A stretch of 64,000 nt of DNA. Origin: Vicugna vicugna (Eukaryota). Numbering within the stretch: position 1 is the stretch's first letter; the number at the start of each line of letters is the position of its first letter. The notes under the pieces were generated by a model that saw nothing but the letters and a program-made list of their open reading frames with translations, did no database searches and had not been told where the DNA came from. Of the stretch, positions 24,469 through 37,200 are shown in pieces. A program made the position numbers and the translations under genes. The stretch is taken from the NCBI GenBank assembly GCA_013265495.1, contig MU058009.1, positions 3,179,780 to 3,243,779 of the forward strand, read 5' to 3'.

Positions 24469-24486
24469 ATCCGAGTCACGGCAGCA
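24469..24486 (-). promoter_or_regulatory. Primer binding site complementary to tRNA-His
   Basis: Minus strand reads TGCTGCCGTGACTCGGAT, 17/18 with TGGTGCCGTGACTCGGAT, 7 nt after the 5' LTR. Confidence 0.88.
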
Positions 24487-24493
24487 AAATTCA

Positions 24494-24862
24494 TGTCACC
24501 AGGGAAAGGGAAATAAGAATTACCTAGGTTCTTAGTCACATGAAAAAGATAGAATTTTTGATGAGAGACAAAAAGCGTGGTATAAACAAGATTTTTATTA
24601 GTGAGGTAAAAAAAGTTGTGAAAGACAGAGCACTCCTGAGAACCGGGGGCGGGCCAGCCCAGGAGGGGAAAAACGACGCTGTTCCCTCGTTTCTCCTGTT
24701 TTTCCATCCTGGTTTTGTGACTGATTAACTGATTGGCTGACTGGAAGCTCAGGTTCCCTGCGCTCTGGCTGATTGACAGCACAGGCTCCTTGGGCTCTGG
24801 GTGGTTCCCTCCCCCCTCCCCTCCCCCTGCCCACTGCTCACTTCTGTCTAAACTACCTAACA
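24494..24862 (-). repeat. ERV 5' LTR
   Basis: About 88% identical to 21654-22020 by manual alignment; AATAAA at 24599-24594; followed on the minus strand by the PBS. Confidence 0.93.
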
Positions 24863-25706
24863 AAGTGGCTTAGTAAAGGGGGCTTTGAGGGCTGTGGGCT
24901 GTGCCGTATGTAGGGAGATGGGGAGAGAGCTGCCAAATGGTGGTGAGGAGCCCCAGCCTTCCAGAAGGAAAGACTCACGGACACAAGGCTGCCAACTCTA
25001 CTTAGGGATCAAGCAACTGTGTGCAGGCAGAGTCTGTCTGGAGCCGAAGTGGGGAGGTCGGGGGAACCAGCCTGGGCTCCCGAGAATTTGCGAGACAACA
25101 GGGTATTTAGGGGAAGACGGTGAGCTGCTGCAGCACAGTACTTAATGCCGGGGAACCTCGGCGCACAGGACGGTCTGCGCCCAAGGGCTGCAGGGCGGGT
25201 GGCGGGGTCGGGCAGGCAGGTCCTCGGGGTGGGCCAGGACAGACGCTTCTCTCCCCACAGCTCAGTGGGCACAGCTGGCAGGGTTCAAGCCAGTATGCTA
25301 AGTCCGGCCAATCCAAGGCCAACTTCTGCTTTGTTACATTTTATTTTGGAAAAAGGAACGCCTTCACTGCACACCACTGTCGGGGCAGCAGGTAAAAGGC
25401 CTACAGAGCTAGGAACATGTGCAAGCAGCAGCGTCTCCTGCTGTCACACAGCACCCTTCCCGGCTGGGTGTTACTTAGCATTTTTTCACCGCTTTTCAGG
25501 AAGTTTCTCTAGGAGGTTGAACTTGGAGAGGTGATTTGAGGACAGCTTTGGCAGTATCTCTAGAGGCTGTTTTGCATTTTTAAAAGCCTGAACTGTTTTT
25601 ACAACAGGTTTTCCATGGAAAGCTCAACAAGTCCTAAACTCTGAGTCTCAGAACCTGGATGTGAGGTCAGGGGAAGAGATGCACGTGGCTAACCTTTCTA
25701 GTCCTG

Positions 25707-26093
25707 TGTCCTAGTCAGCTTGGGCTGCTGGGGTGAAACCCCACAGACCGGGGGCCACGCCAGAAACTCACTTCTCACAGTCCTGGAGGCTGAGGATTCC
25801 AGGACTGAGACGCTGGCAAGGGTGGTCTCGTTCTGAGGCCCCCTCTTGGCTTGTAGGTGGACACTCCTCACCACGTGCCTGTGCGCCCTCTGCGTGTGCG
25901 TGAGGAGAGGGAGCGCTGGTGTCTCTGCCTCTTCCCGTAAGGACACTAATGTCATCATGGGGGCTCCACCCTCACGACTTCATGTAAATCTAATCACCTC
26001 TCACAGGCTCACCTCCTAATACCACATCGGGGGGCCAGAGCTGCAACATACACATTTCGGGGAGGGGGGGACACAAAAATTCAGTCCATGACA
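25707..26093 (-). mobile_element. MaLR solo LTR (MLT1A/B-like)
   Basis: tgtcctagtcagcttgggctgc..ttctcacagtcctggaggctg..taaggacactaat..aatcacctc..attcagtccatgaca. Confidence 0.85.
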
Positions 26094-28129
26094 GTGTATG
26101 AGCAGTTTGGAACAGGTAAAGAATTTATCAAAATACTTAACCTTAGGGTTGGTGGTTATTCTGACCTCACAGGTGGGACCACTAGGGCAGTCTTCCTCAC
26201 AGAGTATCAAACGTGGAGTCAAGTATAAGAAGTACGTATTTAAGGCTTACGTGTAACTTTCAGTTGATGTCCATATTAATTTATCACAAAGACAATTAGA
26301 CTGGGGGGTAGTAGCCACGTCACCCCACGAAGACTGGCAAGCTGAAATGGGAGAAAAAATCGGGGGTAAAGAGAAAGCAGTTTTTGAGTTGCACAAGAAA
26401 CGAAAAATGACAAGAGATAGGAAGCCTTTTTTTAAGTTTTTTTTTCTTTTTTGGTTATTTAGTTTGTTTTAAGGAAAGGGTTTCAGAAATAAGCAGAGAA
26501 AGAAGTGGGCGAGGAAGACCCTTGGTCCCAGGCTGCTGACTAGATGAGGAAACATCCCTGGAAACCCTAGTCTTACGAAGAGCTCAGGTCGCTCCCCAAA
26601 CCTGGGCCTGCAGAGCCTGCTGGAGCACGTGCTCTTGTCGCCATCCTCCCCGGACCGCTGGGAGCGCACGGCCCTGCTCTCCGAGCACGGAGGCCACAGA
26701 TGTCACTGCAATCCCCCCCCACCCCGTCGCCCCTCTCAGTGGTCCAGACAAACTCTTGCCTGCTAAATAAAATACCACCTGCCACTCGCAAGCCCACATC
26801 TGTGCAGGGCACACCCCTGTCCATGCGGACAACTTGTTTCAAACACCAGAGTAACAGCTTCTATCTCACCCAAACAGACCGCTGTGAGGGCAGCTTTCCG
26901 AGTCCTCGCCCACAGGCAGGACACACAAAGCTGTCTGGAACAGATCTGGTACTAATTACCTGGTGCTCTGCGCTGGAACAAGTGGTTAATCCCCAGGAGG
27001 TTTACACTGGCGACTCACCAGCCTGCCCCAGGGTGGATACGGAACCGATCTTGGCTCCAGGGACTGTCCCACATCATGTGTTGTGCACATGTGCCCAGCC
27101 CAGGGACGGATTCCGCCGCCCAGCAGATGGAACCCTTCTGACGGGTCCCACCACGAGAACGTGTAACCGGAGCACATCGTCTAGTTCCCGCCTTCTCATG
27201 AAGAGCATCACTGTTCTCATCCTCAGACCGAACTCTTGCCTTTGCTCCTTCACCTGCTCTTGCCCTCTTCCAAGTCACGGTCTGGAGGCCCCTTCTGGGG
27301 CCCAGAGCCAGCAGGTGCCTGTATCTCCACAGGCTGCCGTGGGGACCCACAGCGAACCCTGATGTCTGAGAGCCCTCAGTTCACCCTGACGGCAGCTGCC
27401 GGATGCTGGCCTGCTGTGTTTGGGCAAATAGTTGCAGCAGCAAACGTGGTGGGGAAGACAGCACCCACCCGGAAGAGCGGGGAGACACCTGTGCCGGCCT
27501 TTTCTTCCAGGTTAGGGCTGCGTCTTTGAAGAGTTCCCCGGGTAGTGTCTTGGAAATGGCTTAAACTACTAGAGAAGGTGTGAAATAGACTTTTAAATCT
27601 GCGACCAGAGGATTTTCAGAAAGCAAATGGACAAGAATGTGGTTTCTTTTTCTCATGGTAATTGTATTCCTTACAAATTTGTGTCTGGGGCAGGAAGAAG
27701 CTGAGAGTCTTTCCTGCAGGCAGACTTTTTTTTCCCTCCCTGATCCCAGTGACAGAACGAGTAGGTGAAGGTGGAGGGCTTCAAGAACAGACAGGGTGTA
27801 TTGGGTGCTTTTGTGACTGGATGATTTTAAAAACCACTTTCAAATCAGGGCCAGTTTTCTTTATAAAGCTTAGCTCTATAACCTTATGGTCTACATACTT
27901 CAGCCTGCAAAGGGTACTATTACAAAACTCTGCGGGTTTCGGCAGAGGAAATATAAAAACAAGTTTCTTTCATTTGATATTTGCTGTAAAATAAAGATAA
28001 AAGGTCCTAAAAATGAAAACCTGCCTCTCCTCTTTCCATCTTTTGTCCCCAGCAAATTCTTCTTCCATTCAGCTTATTCACGTATTTTATCTCATAAAAC
28101 CAATAAGCATAATCTTCTTTCGTTAGGTG

Positions 28130-28400
28130 AGCATCAGCATTTATTCCACACGACTTTGCACCAGGTACACAGGAGGGTTGAGGCAAAGGGGTATAATGAG
28201 AGAAGAGCGGACAGAACTCTCCCTGCCCTTCAACAGTTCCCTCTTGCTGAAGGCCCCACGCGGAAGCCCACTGATCTGAGAGGCAGGCAGTAACTGGCAG
28301 GAAGGGGAGTCCGGGCTGCACAGACAGACAAAGCTTCGAGGAGAAGGTGGAAATGGAACTGGCTCTGAGAGCAGCTGCCTGTGTGTCCAGCTGGAGGGAG
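28130..28400 (-). mobile_element. L2 3'-end fragment
   Basis: cagcatttatt..caccagg..acagaactctccctgccctt resembles the L2 tail. Confidence 0.55.
28140..28145 (-). terminator. Candidate polyadenylation signal AATAAA, within an L2 3'-end fragment
   Basis: tttatt on the plus strand; an alternative ATTAAA lies at 28675-28670. Confidence 0.45.
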
Positions 28401-31400
28401 GGAGGTGGCCTACTTGCAGGGAAGAGCATGTGCCAAAGGACAGAGGCCGGAAGTAGCAGAACACAAGCCCCCGGATTTCTGTAGAACCTGTCTCAATACA
28501 TTCTGCCGCCAAGTGAAGTCCTACTGCGACCAAGCCCACGTCTCCTGCAGACGCACGAAGCCTCAACGAAAGGTGCCCTCGCTGTTCTTCAAAGCAGCTG
28601 GCTTGCCGTCACTTTGTTGAATTTGGACTCCTTGTATTTGTAAAGGTTATAAACTCTAGGAAAAAAGTCTTTAATAAGGTCTCTCCTCCCTAATGGCGCG
28701 CTACAAGATGCAGACATGTTGCTAAGTCCTGGCTAACCTTCAGACAGCCACGGGGCAGAGCGGTCCTTCAGCGGAGCCCCGGGCCGCGCAGCAACGCGGG
28801 GAGGGCGCGGCTCCTGTGGCCACGCTGGTGCCTTCACCCCTGCAGCCTCTGGCCTCTGCGTTCACCTGTGTCTTCACCCTGGCTGATTAATCCAAATGGC
28901 CACCCCTCCACCGCTCATTCGAATCGGGTGCAGCGGTCGTAGGGAACACGTGGGGAAGGGAAAGAAGTCAAAGTACGGGTTATTGACACTGAAGCCACAG
29001 ACCTTCCTAAGCTTTACGGCACTTTAACACTAAAACGAGCTTGCGTTTCCTAAGCAAACGCTGACGTGACAAAGAGGTCTGTTTGGGGTTAAAATGAGTA
29101 AATAATGTCACTTAAGAAATGTCTTCTAAGTTTGGGTCTTGATTCTATCACTTTTCTGTTTTGACTTTTTTCCTCCCAGCTCTCTACGTCCTGGAAGCAG
29201 CGTGCGAGGGACTCACAGACGCGCCCGCAGGTAAGGTCTCAACAGCTGAGGTGTGTGTCCCGTCGGTGACATCCAAGCCAGCAGTTCTCGCTATTGAGTT
29301 ACATGCTTGTTTTCGCTTCCGAAAAAGCCGAGTGCAAACGCGTTTCAGACCAGAGACAGGTGAGAAGTGAGAGGAAGGTTCGGCAGGCCCACGAGCCGCA
29401 CAGCGCACCTGCCGGGGACCGTGGTGCCAGGTCCCCGCCGCGTGCCGCCTCGGCCCCACTGCCGCGCTGCCGGCTCGCAGCAGGGGAAGGGCCTGCCCTG
29501 GCTTCTTGCCTCACACTCTTCTGGGTTCGTTCTTGTGAGTATGTGTTTACCAAACACTGCGTCTCTGTCCTCAGAAACATCACACAGGCCTCAGGGTGGG
29601 AGTAGCATTCGGGTGGCTCCCCCCCACCCCCGGCTCTCTCCTGAAAGGCATCCTCAGCCTTTATACCACAGAGCAGTGACGGAGGGTTGCTGGCCAAGAT
29701 CCACCCTCCAGTGGTTTTGTTCTCTGGTCCACACAGCAGTGTGAGAAGCACTGCCCTGTGCGTTCTGGCACTCCCAGTGGAAAGGAAACAGAGGTGCCAA
29801 GTTAGGGCAGAGTGTGCCCAGCTGGGCTCCAAAGACAACAGCATCACGGTTTCCCTTCCTCCCCAGCTGCTGCTGCCCCCGCCCTGGTTCCCATTCCCAC
29901 CTGTGTCCCGCAGCCTTGGCTAACCTTCCTCTCCTCATCCTAAGAAAACACGTCTTTGCTCCAGTGCAGTAGAGATGAGGAGAAACAGCAGGTTGCGAGG
30001 GACCCGACACTGCTGTTGGGTGCCACAAGCACAGCAGGGTGGGGGCTGCAAATGAGTGGGCTGGGGGTGGGGCAGAAGACTGACGAGTGTTCTGGGTCAG
30101 TGCAGGTCCAATCCTTCATTCATCACTCCCTCTCTCAGCTGCGACACCGACGGCTCTCTCCCCAACGCTGGCCTCCCTTGTGGTCTGGGTCTGCTACCTC
30201 AACCTGGCAGGTCGTTCCAAAGCCAGATGGGTTTTGGTTACTTCCTTGACGATATCCACTATTTCCCTTCTGGGTAGAAGAGGGGCCTGAGGACAGCTTA
30301 TCTTTCAGGGACAGAGAGCGTAGAGGTGGGGTCTCTCACAACATGAGATACAAGGAAGCTTTCTTTGGATTGGAAGTGCCAGTATTCTCCTTAGAATTTA
30401 CAGTCACAGGAGATTTATAGTGTATCGGCTTGTGTACTGGTTTTGTGCCACATCTGGGTCAGAACAGTAGCAGAGCTGCAGAGCGATACAGGTGGCAAGT
30501 GCACAGGACAGCAAAGTATGGGGAGTCCCGAGGAGCTCGGTGGCCCTGACGGGAGGGGGGAGCGGCTGCAGTGGCGGCTGGACCCCTGCCCCCTGCCCCC
30601 TGCAGACATTTACCAACCAAAGGCAGAGACATTGAGCTGCTTCTCCCGGGAGTGTCAGGGTGGGAGATGCAGTGAGAACTTCGGAGCCGTCAAGTCATTG
30701 CAACAGTCAGTGTTTAAGGCTAGAAGGGCACGACCTCATTCACCCCTTGCCTTAGGCAACAGCAGTACTCCGAAGCCTCCCATTTACATCAGAACACACA
30801 GGATGCGGGGAAAAAGTAAAGATTTCACAACTTTCTCCCATGAACAGCTTTAACTGTGTGTGTCACCCACTTCGGAGTCTAGGAGAACCCTGACGCTTGC
30901 TCCAGGCCCACCCTGTTCTCACCAGTCTAACCTCAAGACCCTGCTCAGGTCGAGGGGATGCACAGTTCGGGGGAGGCAGGTGGTGCCCAGCAGGTGCATG
31001 CTAACAGAATGGGGTGAGCGGGTCCTCAGGGGTACCACAGACCTCGTCAGTGCGCATGCGCGTTTCTCGGGCAGCGGCAGCCTGCCTCCTGGCTCGACGA
31101 CCCTCCTTTCTCACTGATTTCTCCAAGTGGCCCATCTTTCTAGTGGACGCTGCAACTTTGCTGTCACCACTGGCGTTCTTAAAGACTAATCAGATCCCGA
31201 AGGAACAGGAAGTTAAAAGCTTTTTGTGGGTAATCAATTCCCTGCAAGTTTGCTAATATTATCAGTTCAAAAGGAAAGGTCCCTGCCAGGCACTTGTGAA
31301 GACAGAACCCCCACTGCTCTGGCCGTTCTCAGCCGCGGAGCGAGTGCTCCCCGTCCCATCGGGGAGCATTGGGCTGGATACGCAACTCGCCATGTTATTT

Positions 31401-32174
31401 TGCTCAAGAAAGACAAAGGAGGCCACAAAGGCCAAAACTCAACCGCTCTTGGGAAAGGAGTTAGAAAGCAAGCTAATAAAATCTGTGGTGCAGTCTTTCA
31501 GGAAGGGGTGTGGAGGGTGGGGTGGGTCTACTGGAGCTTTGACGTCTCTAGACAGGAAAAGGGTAGCCACCCAGGGAAGCAGCCTTCAGTGACATCCTCA
31601 GCAGAGCTGACGTGCTGGACAACAGCCAGTGAGCAGTAGGAAGCGCCCCCTCCCTGTTGTGAGACTGCTGGGAAACCGCGAGGACCCGGGCTCTGGCTTT
31701 CTAGAGCAGCCCTGCACGGCTTTCCAGTGTCCTGGTGGGAACGGAGAACTCAGAAGACTGTCTTCTCCTCCAAGGGAAGCTGGCTGTCGGTTCTCCCCTG
31801 GTCTGTCTGGGGCCTGCGCCGGTGGATCAGGCACACACGTGCACAGAGCCAGGCTACCGGCGAGCAGTCTTAGAGAGGAGGGCAAAAAGGGCTTGCCCCT
31901 CGACTCACGGCTTCCTTTTCCAAAGGGAGCAGGACCGACACCAGCAACTACTCAAACACCATCAAACAGGCATGGGAATGGATACGTGTGCAGCTGGTAC
32001 ATATCCCCCCATTGCCTGCTACAAGGAGGGGAGGTGGGGGGAGAACTGTGCTGCTGAGACCCAGGCCCCCTGACTCACAGCCCTGTTCTGGAGGGCACAG
32101 GCCCCCTGACCGGTCCCTGGGTAGCAGGCAGCTCTCCTCCCTAACCTTTGAAGAGATGGGTGAATCATCTCCGG

Positions 32175-32307
32175 CTAAGAGGAGACACCCGTCTTCTTGG
32201 GTTTGCCGGGTGGATCTGAGGCAGAGGCGGCTGTGGGAGACCCCTCAGCACAGGCGCTAAGATCCAAGAATTCCAGGATGACGTCCCAAAGGCAGTAAAC
32301 CAAGTGC
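32175..32307 (-). CDS. SNX19: SNX19 exon 11 coding part: (R)HLVYCLWDVILEFLDLSACAEGSPTAASASDPPGKPKKTGVSS*
   Basis: 133 nt including TAG at 32177-32175, ctgttgcag| acceptor. The C-terminal GVSS matches human SNX19 as recalled. Confidence 0.96.
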
Positions 32308-33193
32308 CTGCAACAGATGGACAGAACAACTTAGAGGAGGCGCTGCCTCAGTCCAGAGACGCCGGATCCTGTTTATGCCATTTATCTCCCCTCCCCTCCC
32401 CTCCACTGATGTCCTTGGTGGACTGCAAACGTCAACAGCCTGACGAGGCCTTTGTGTGAAATGAAAGCTTGTTGAACTAATAACACAGGCTCTGACCTCA
32501 GCAGAGGTGGGGACAGTACTTGGGACGGGGTTTGGGAAATTCCACATTTGCTCATCTAGCTACAGCAGCACGTAGGCGCTGCTCCAAATGCAGAACTCTG
32601 AGGGAAAGGAGATCCCCGACAACAGCTTACTGAGAATCTGCCAGTCACCTGTGATGAGGCAGAAGCCAGGGCCCGTGGGAGTGGAGGTGACAGGCCCAGT
32701 GTGCGGTGGGGCAGGGCGTGGGAGGGGGCAAGGGCACTTGACACGCTCAGCTTTCCATCCCATGGGACCGGCCAGGGAGACACCTACCCCGCCGCCCCCC
32801 CACGGGTGCTCAGCACGCCCCGTCCCTTCACTGGAGTCAGCCCATCCTCCTGTCCTCCTCACACTAAGCAAAGACAACTCTGACCCTAACGCCAGCCACA
32901 GCTCTGCGGCGAGGCCAGGAACCCGGGCCGCACGTGCCGCACAGGCCGGGTGCTCCCGCCGGGCTCCCAGGGGCGGGCAGGCGTTAGGCAGAACGAGCCA
33001 GGGACCTGCCCTGGGTTCTCTCAAGTGAGCAGCGGCGGCTCCCGCACGAGGCTCCCAGCCCGGACAACCTGCTCAGAAGCCAGCAGAACGGGCTGTTGGC
33101 GGCACGCATGGACCCGGCGGCCACGCTCTGCCTGGACACCGTCCACCCAGACACCGGGCGGCCCCGGGCCAGAGACAGCGCAGACCGGCCCAC

Positions 33194-33281
33194 CTGTCGA
33201 TGAGCGGCTGCTGCAGCGACTCCAGGACCAGGCTCCAGCCCAGGCGGCACCTGTTCACCCCGAGGATCTCCACTGCGACGT
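33194..33281 (-). CDS. SNX19: SNX19 exon 10: (D)VAVEILGVNRCRLGWSLVLESLQQPLID
   Basis: 88 nt, gttttcctgtccag| acceptor, |gtgggc donor, phase 1 to 2; in ORF 33073..33303. Confidence 0.96.
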
Positions 33282-34055
33282 CTGGACAGGAAAACACAGA
33301 CACGGTTTCGGCGTCACCACCGAGGCCTCAGCGTCTAAGGGGAAGGTCTGCTCAGGGCAGCTGCCGTCTTTAGTCCAACCGGGCCCTTCTGGCACACCTG
33401 TGCACCACGGAGCCAAACTAAAATCCTCAAACAGGGGAAAACTAAGGAAAATGTTTGAGTTAAGTAATAGATAAGAACGGGCCTCAAGAAATCATGGTGT
33501 AACCCGTCACTGAAGGGCAGGTGCTTCTGATGGAACAGTTCAGGCTGGAGAGTAGAGGTTCCTAAGAGCAGACACGACTGTCTGGAGCCGCGAGCTCACG
33601 ACTGCTCCCTGGGCCCCAGGACGGCCGCAGCCAACGACTGCCTTCCTCTGCCCTCTGAGAAAACTGTGCAAAGCGAAGGGGAAAACCCTCTTCAGAGTGG
33701 GTTTGTTTTTTCTCCTGCTAAGGACCATATACCCCAGTGGCCCCGTTACCACACGCAGCTTCTGCAGGACGTATCATTCTCTTCCCTGGTCCAAAATGCC
33801 ATAAGCTGGCAGAGGCCTGGAAGTCTCCATCTGGTGGGAATGGGCCTGAGACCTGCCCCTGGGATCTTGTCCACCCTTAGCACCACCTGCAGGCCTGGTC
33901 CTTCTTCTCAGCCTCAGAAATGCTGTGTCCACAAGGTTTTGAGTCTAGCCACGTTCAGGGCCCACTTACACATGGGGAAGGGTGTGGGGTAACAACAGCC
34001 AAGCAGGATAAGGGAGCAACGCTTATCAGCATGACCAGTCTCGCTGTCCAGTTAC

Positions 34056-34240
34056 CTGGCAGGACTCCCATCAGGCTCTGCAAAGCCTGCTTCTCAGCAG
34101 CCACCTTCTGCTCCTGGGTCCTCACGGGCCGAGGACCCTTAGGCAAAACCCCACCAGGCCAGACGGACTCCTGAAGAAGCCGGAGGTACTGCACCCAGCG
34201 CCGCGGACTCGTCAGGTTAGCGACCTGCACCTCCAGCCAC
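34056..34240 (-). CDS. SNX19: SNX19 exon 9: (R)WLEVQVANLTSPRRWVQYLRLLQESVWPGGVLPKGPRPVRTQEQKVAAEKQALQSLMGVLP
   Basis: 185 nt, ttctctttctcccaccacag| acceptor, |gtaact donor, phase 2 to 1; PXC 'WPGG' motif; in ORF 33955..34230. Intron 8 is 21665 nt. Confidence 0.97.
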
Positions 34241-37200
34241 CTGTGGTGGGAGAAAGAGAAGAGTCAGATGGCCCTGAAGGGAAGGGCACAGCAAGGCGTG
34301 AATCAGGCACAAACAGAACAGGGCAACCGGCTCTCATAGGTGACACCAAGCCAGTTCAACCACCTGGGGGCACAGAATCTGAAGATGAGGAGTAACTAAT
34401 ATTTTTATTCACTGAGTGTCTGCAACGAGCTACAAATTGTATACCAGGAGTTTTAGAACAGAACACCCCAGGGCCTTGGGCTCTGGGGGAGGCCGCTCCT
34501 TTCCAGCTGCCCTCCGGGGCGGAGCACTGCCCCTTCTCAGGAACACGCACACACGGCCTGCAGAGCGACGAGCCCCTCCGCCGGCCACCCCGTCCACATC
34601 AAGTCCCGTGACCCGTCCTTGGGACTCCCTACCCCCGCCCTTGACCCCCAACAGGCCAGGCAGTCTCTGTTCCAGGAGCAGAAGCCTGCTCTTCCGGCAA
34701 AACCTGTTTAACCCCACGCCCCCCACGCAGTCCTTCCTGGCCGTTCGAGCCAGAAGGGCGCTCTCTCCTTACCCCGCCTTCGGCACTCAGCTCTACAGCA
34801 CAGGTGCAGGGTTAGGATCTCTCTTTGGAATAGAAGTTATTTTCTCACGTATTCATAGCTTGACTTTCCAACTAACTGTAAGTAAACGAGAGCCCCCACG
34901 ACCAAAGCTCCCCGGGGGAGGTCTGCGGACCGCCTGGCAGCTGTTCTCACTACAATGAACATTTCCGTCTTTGTCTTTCTTTCAAAAATGAGCCAATGAC
35001 AGAGGGGGCAGGTAACGCCAAGCCTGCAGTTCCTGCAGGGCGTTTCGACCTTATTCCTTATTTGTCTCTGCATCTTCCAGAGCAGTATGGTCACCACCTG
35101 AGCTTCAGGACGGCAGAGGCCTCCTTGGCACGGCCGCGACTGCGAGTGGACCGTCCACCACTCCACTCAGGCATGGAGGGCTCTGGCCCCCACCGCACGG
35201 CAGCTCGTGCCATTGCTCCTACACCCGAGTTACTTGTCGCCCATCCAGGAGCAGAGGGGGCTGCCAAGGCAAACTTTATTTAACCTCCACTCTGCCAGAC
35301 AGTCTGCATTCCACTCAAGCTAGGCATTCCAGCGTTGGGGGCTGCAATCCCCCAAGCCCAGGGCTCACAGATGATTCTAAGAATAGGAAGTCAGAAAGGT
35401 AACGGCAGGGCAAGAATGGCAGACGTCGATGGAGATCAAGAGCGGCACAGAGCTGCCCGGCCCCAAACAGCCGCCGCGATAGTACTGTTATTATTAGGGC
35501 CGCACCTCCTTTTCGCAGGGCTTTTCATTCAGCCTAAGACGCTGACGAAAGGGATCTGGGAGCAAGAATGCCTGCTCCTGTTTATAGAAGGGGTCACGGA
35601 GCGGGTGCACTGACCCGAGCCGGCTCTCGGCAGGGGATCAAGTGGCCCAGCTCCTCTTCCCCTCGAGCCACACACAGTGTGACTTTGCTGAGGTGAATGA
35701 CGTGAGCTGGGGTCTCCTCGAAGTGACCTGAGGGAGAGGGGGAAGGACTTGAGAGCCAAAAAACACAAGTCCTCCAAGGAGCCAGGAGGATCCTCAGCAA
35801 GAGGCTTCAGCCAGCATTAGTTTCTTGTGCACAGACGCGTCCAGTAAGCCACCTGCCCTTACGTCTGCCCCACGTCAGTAGCGCCCGCGCCTCCACTCCG
35901 CAGAGCAAGCTCGGCCCCCACTCGGCCCTTGCCAGCTGAGCACAACGCACAGCAGCGCGTCCGGGCGCCTGGTCACCCTGGGCATGCGCTACACCGTGCG
36001 GGCCCCGTGGCACTGAAGCAGCGGTCATTGGCGGATGGAGACAAGCCCTCGGGCTGCACTGGGCAAGGATGTCCTCTTTGTTCCCTCCCATGGTGACTGA
36101 GCTCCTCATGCACACGTGCCGGATGCCAGACAAATATTGGCCCCTGGCAAAATACACATTTATGCACATCCACGTGACTGTAACTTATCAAACTCTAAAC
36201 GGGAACGGTGGGAAGAGGAACCAAGTACGAAAAAGTAAGAATAAGTGCCCGATGAGGAGGACGAGTCGGCAAGTCAAAGCAGACTGTGGGGGCTGAGCAG
36301 AGCTGCTGACAGAGAGCCCCGAGATCTCCAGGCAGAGCACCAGCTGCCAGTGAAACGGGCACCGCTCCGCACTGCAAGCCCTGCAGCGCAGAGCTCACCG
36401 ACAAGAGGCCCTGGAAGAGCGAGTCCAGGAATGTAACCACAGGACCTGTGCAAACCGGCAGAATGAACCAAACTTCACGTGTGACAGGGGAGTCCGGCCC
36501 CAAGAGCGGGCGCCGCAGCCCCCGCGCCCCTGCTCTGCCTCACAGCCCGCGGCCCAGGTCGGCGCACCAGACTCCGACCGTCACTCTCGCGGCTTCTCCC
36601 CGCCCCGCCTCCCCTCAGAGCGCACAGGCTTCCTCCCGCCTCCTGGGCACCGGGCTGGGCCCGCTTTCACGTTCCAGCCCCAGGCAGCTCGCGGAGGAGA
36701 CCAGGGGCCGCACTTTTCTGTTCACAGGATTCTGAGGTGTGGGCTCGCCCCACGGACGACGAGCGTCCCAAGCTGGGAGGGGACAGTGGTGAGGCCCACC
36801 CCAAGGGACCCACCGCACTGCCGCCACTGCCAAAACCGCCCTGCCCCTCACAGGACACAGCGCAGCCCGTGAGCCACAGGCGGCCCCGACGGTGCCGTCC
36901 TGAGCTGCAAACGGCCTGGTCCTGGGGTCTGGACCATCAGCCTCACCCCGCGCCTCCCACTTAAACCACTGGTAACAACGTGGAGGGCAGGGGTTGCTTC
37001 ATTCATGACCTTTCTCTCCTTCACCCCCATTTCCCTTCCTTTTACTCCACAGTGAACCTCCAGACACACCACCACACTGTACCTAACTGTGTGAACCCCT
37101 CAGTCCTGAACCCGGGCTGGAGCAGAGGCAGCAAGGAGCCTGGGCCCCGGGGTGTTAAAGAGAGACTGGCCCCTCCTTGGCTCCCTTTTCTCTCTGCTCC

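Larger units (their letters stand above)
21654..24862 (-). mobile_element. Internally deleted class I (gamma-like, HERV-H/W/ERV9-related) endogenous retrovirus, 3.2 kb
   Basis: Two ~368-bp direct LTRs with TG...CA ends, AAGT TSD (21650-21653 and 24863-24866), PBS, PPT, and gag and env remnants. Confidence 0.93.
28120..32174 (-). other. SNX19: Probable SNX19 3'UTR (~4 kb)
   Basis: Runs from the stop codon to the first canonical AATAAA I found by eye on the minus strand (28145-28140). The end point is inferred, not shown. Confidence 0.5.

Noticed and set aside
21654-24862. Direct repeats as a possible CRISPR array or segmental duplication
   Set aside because: Eukaryotic DNA; the repeats are LTRs, shown by TG..CA ends, TSD, PBS and PPT.
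26700-27362. 220-aa ORF downstream of SNX19
   Set aside because: S/P/T-rich, no homology recognised, no splice or start context.
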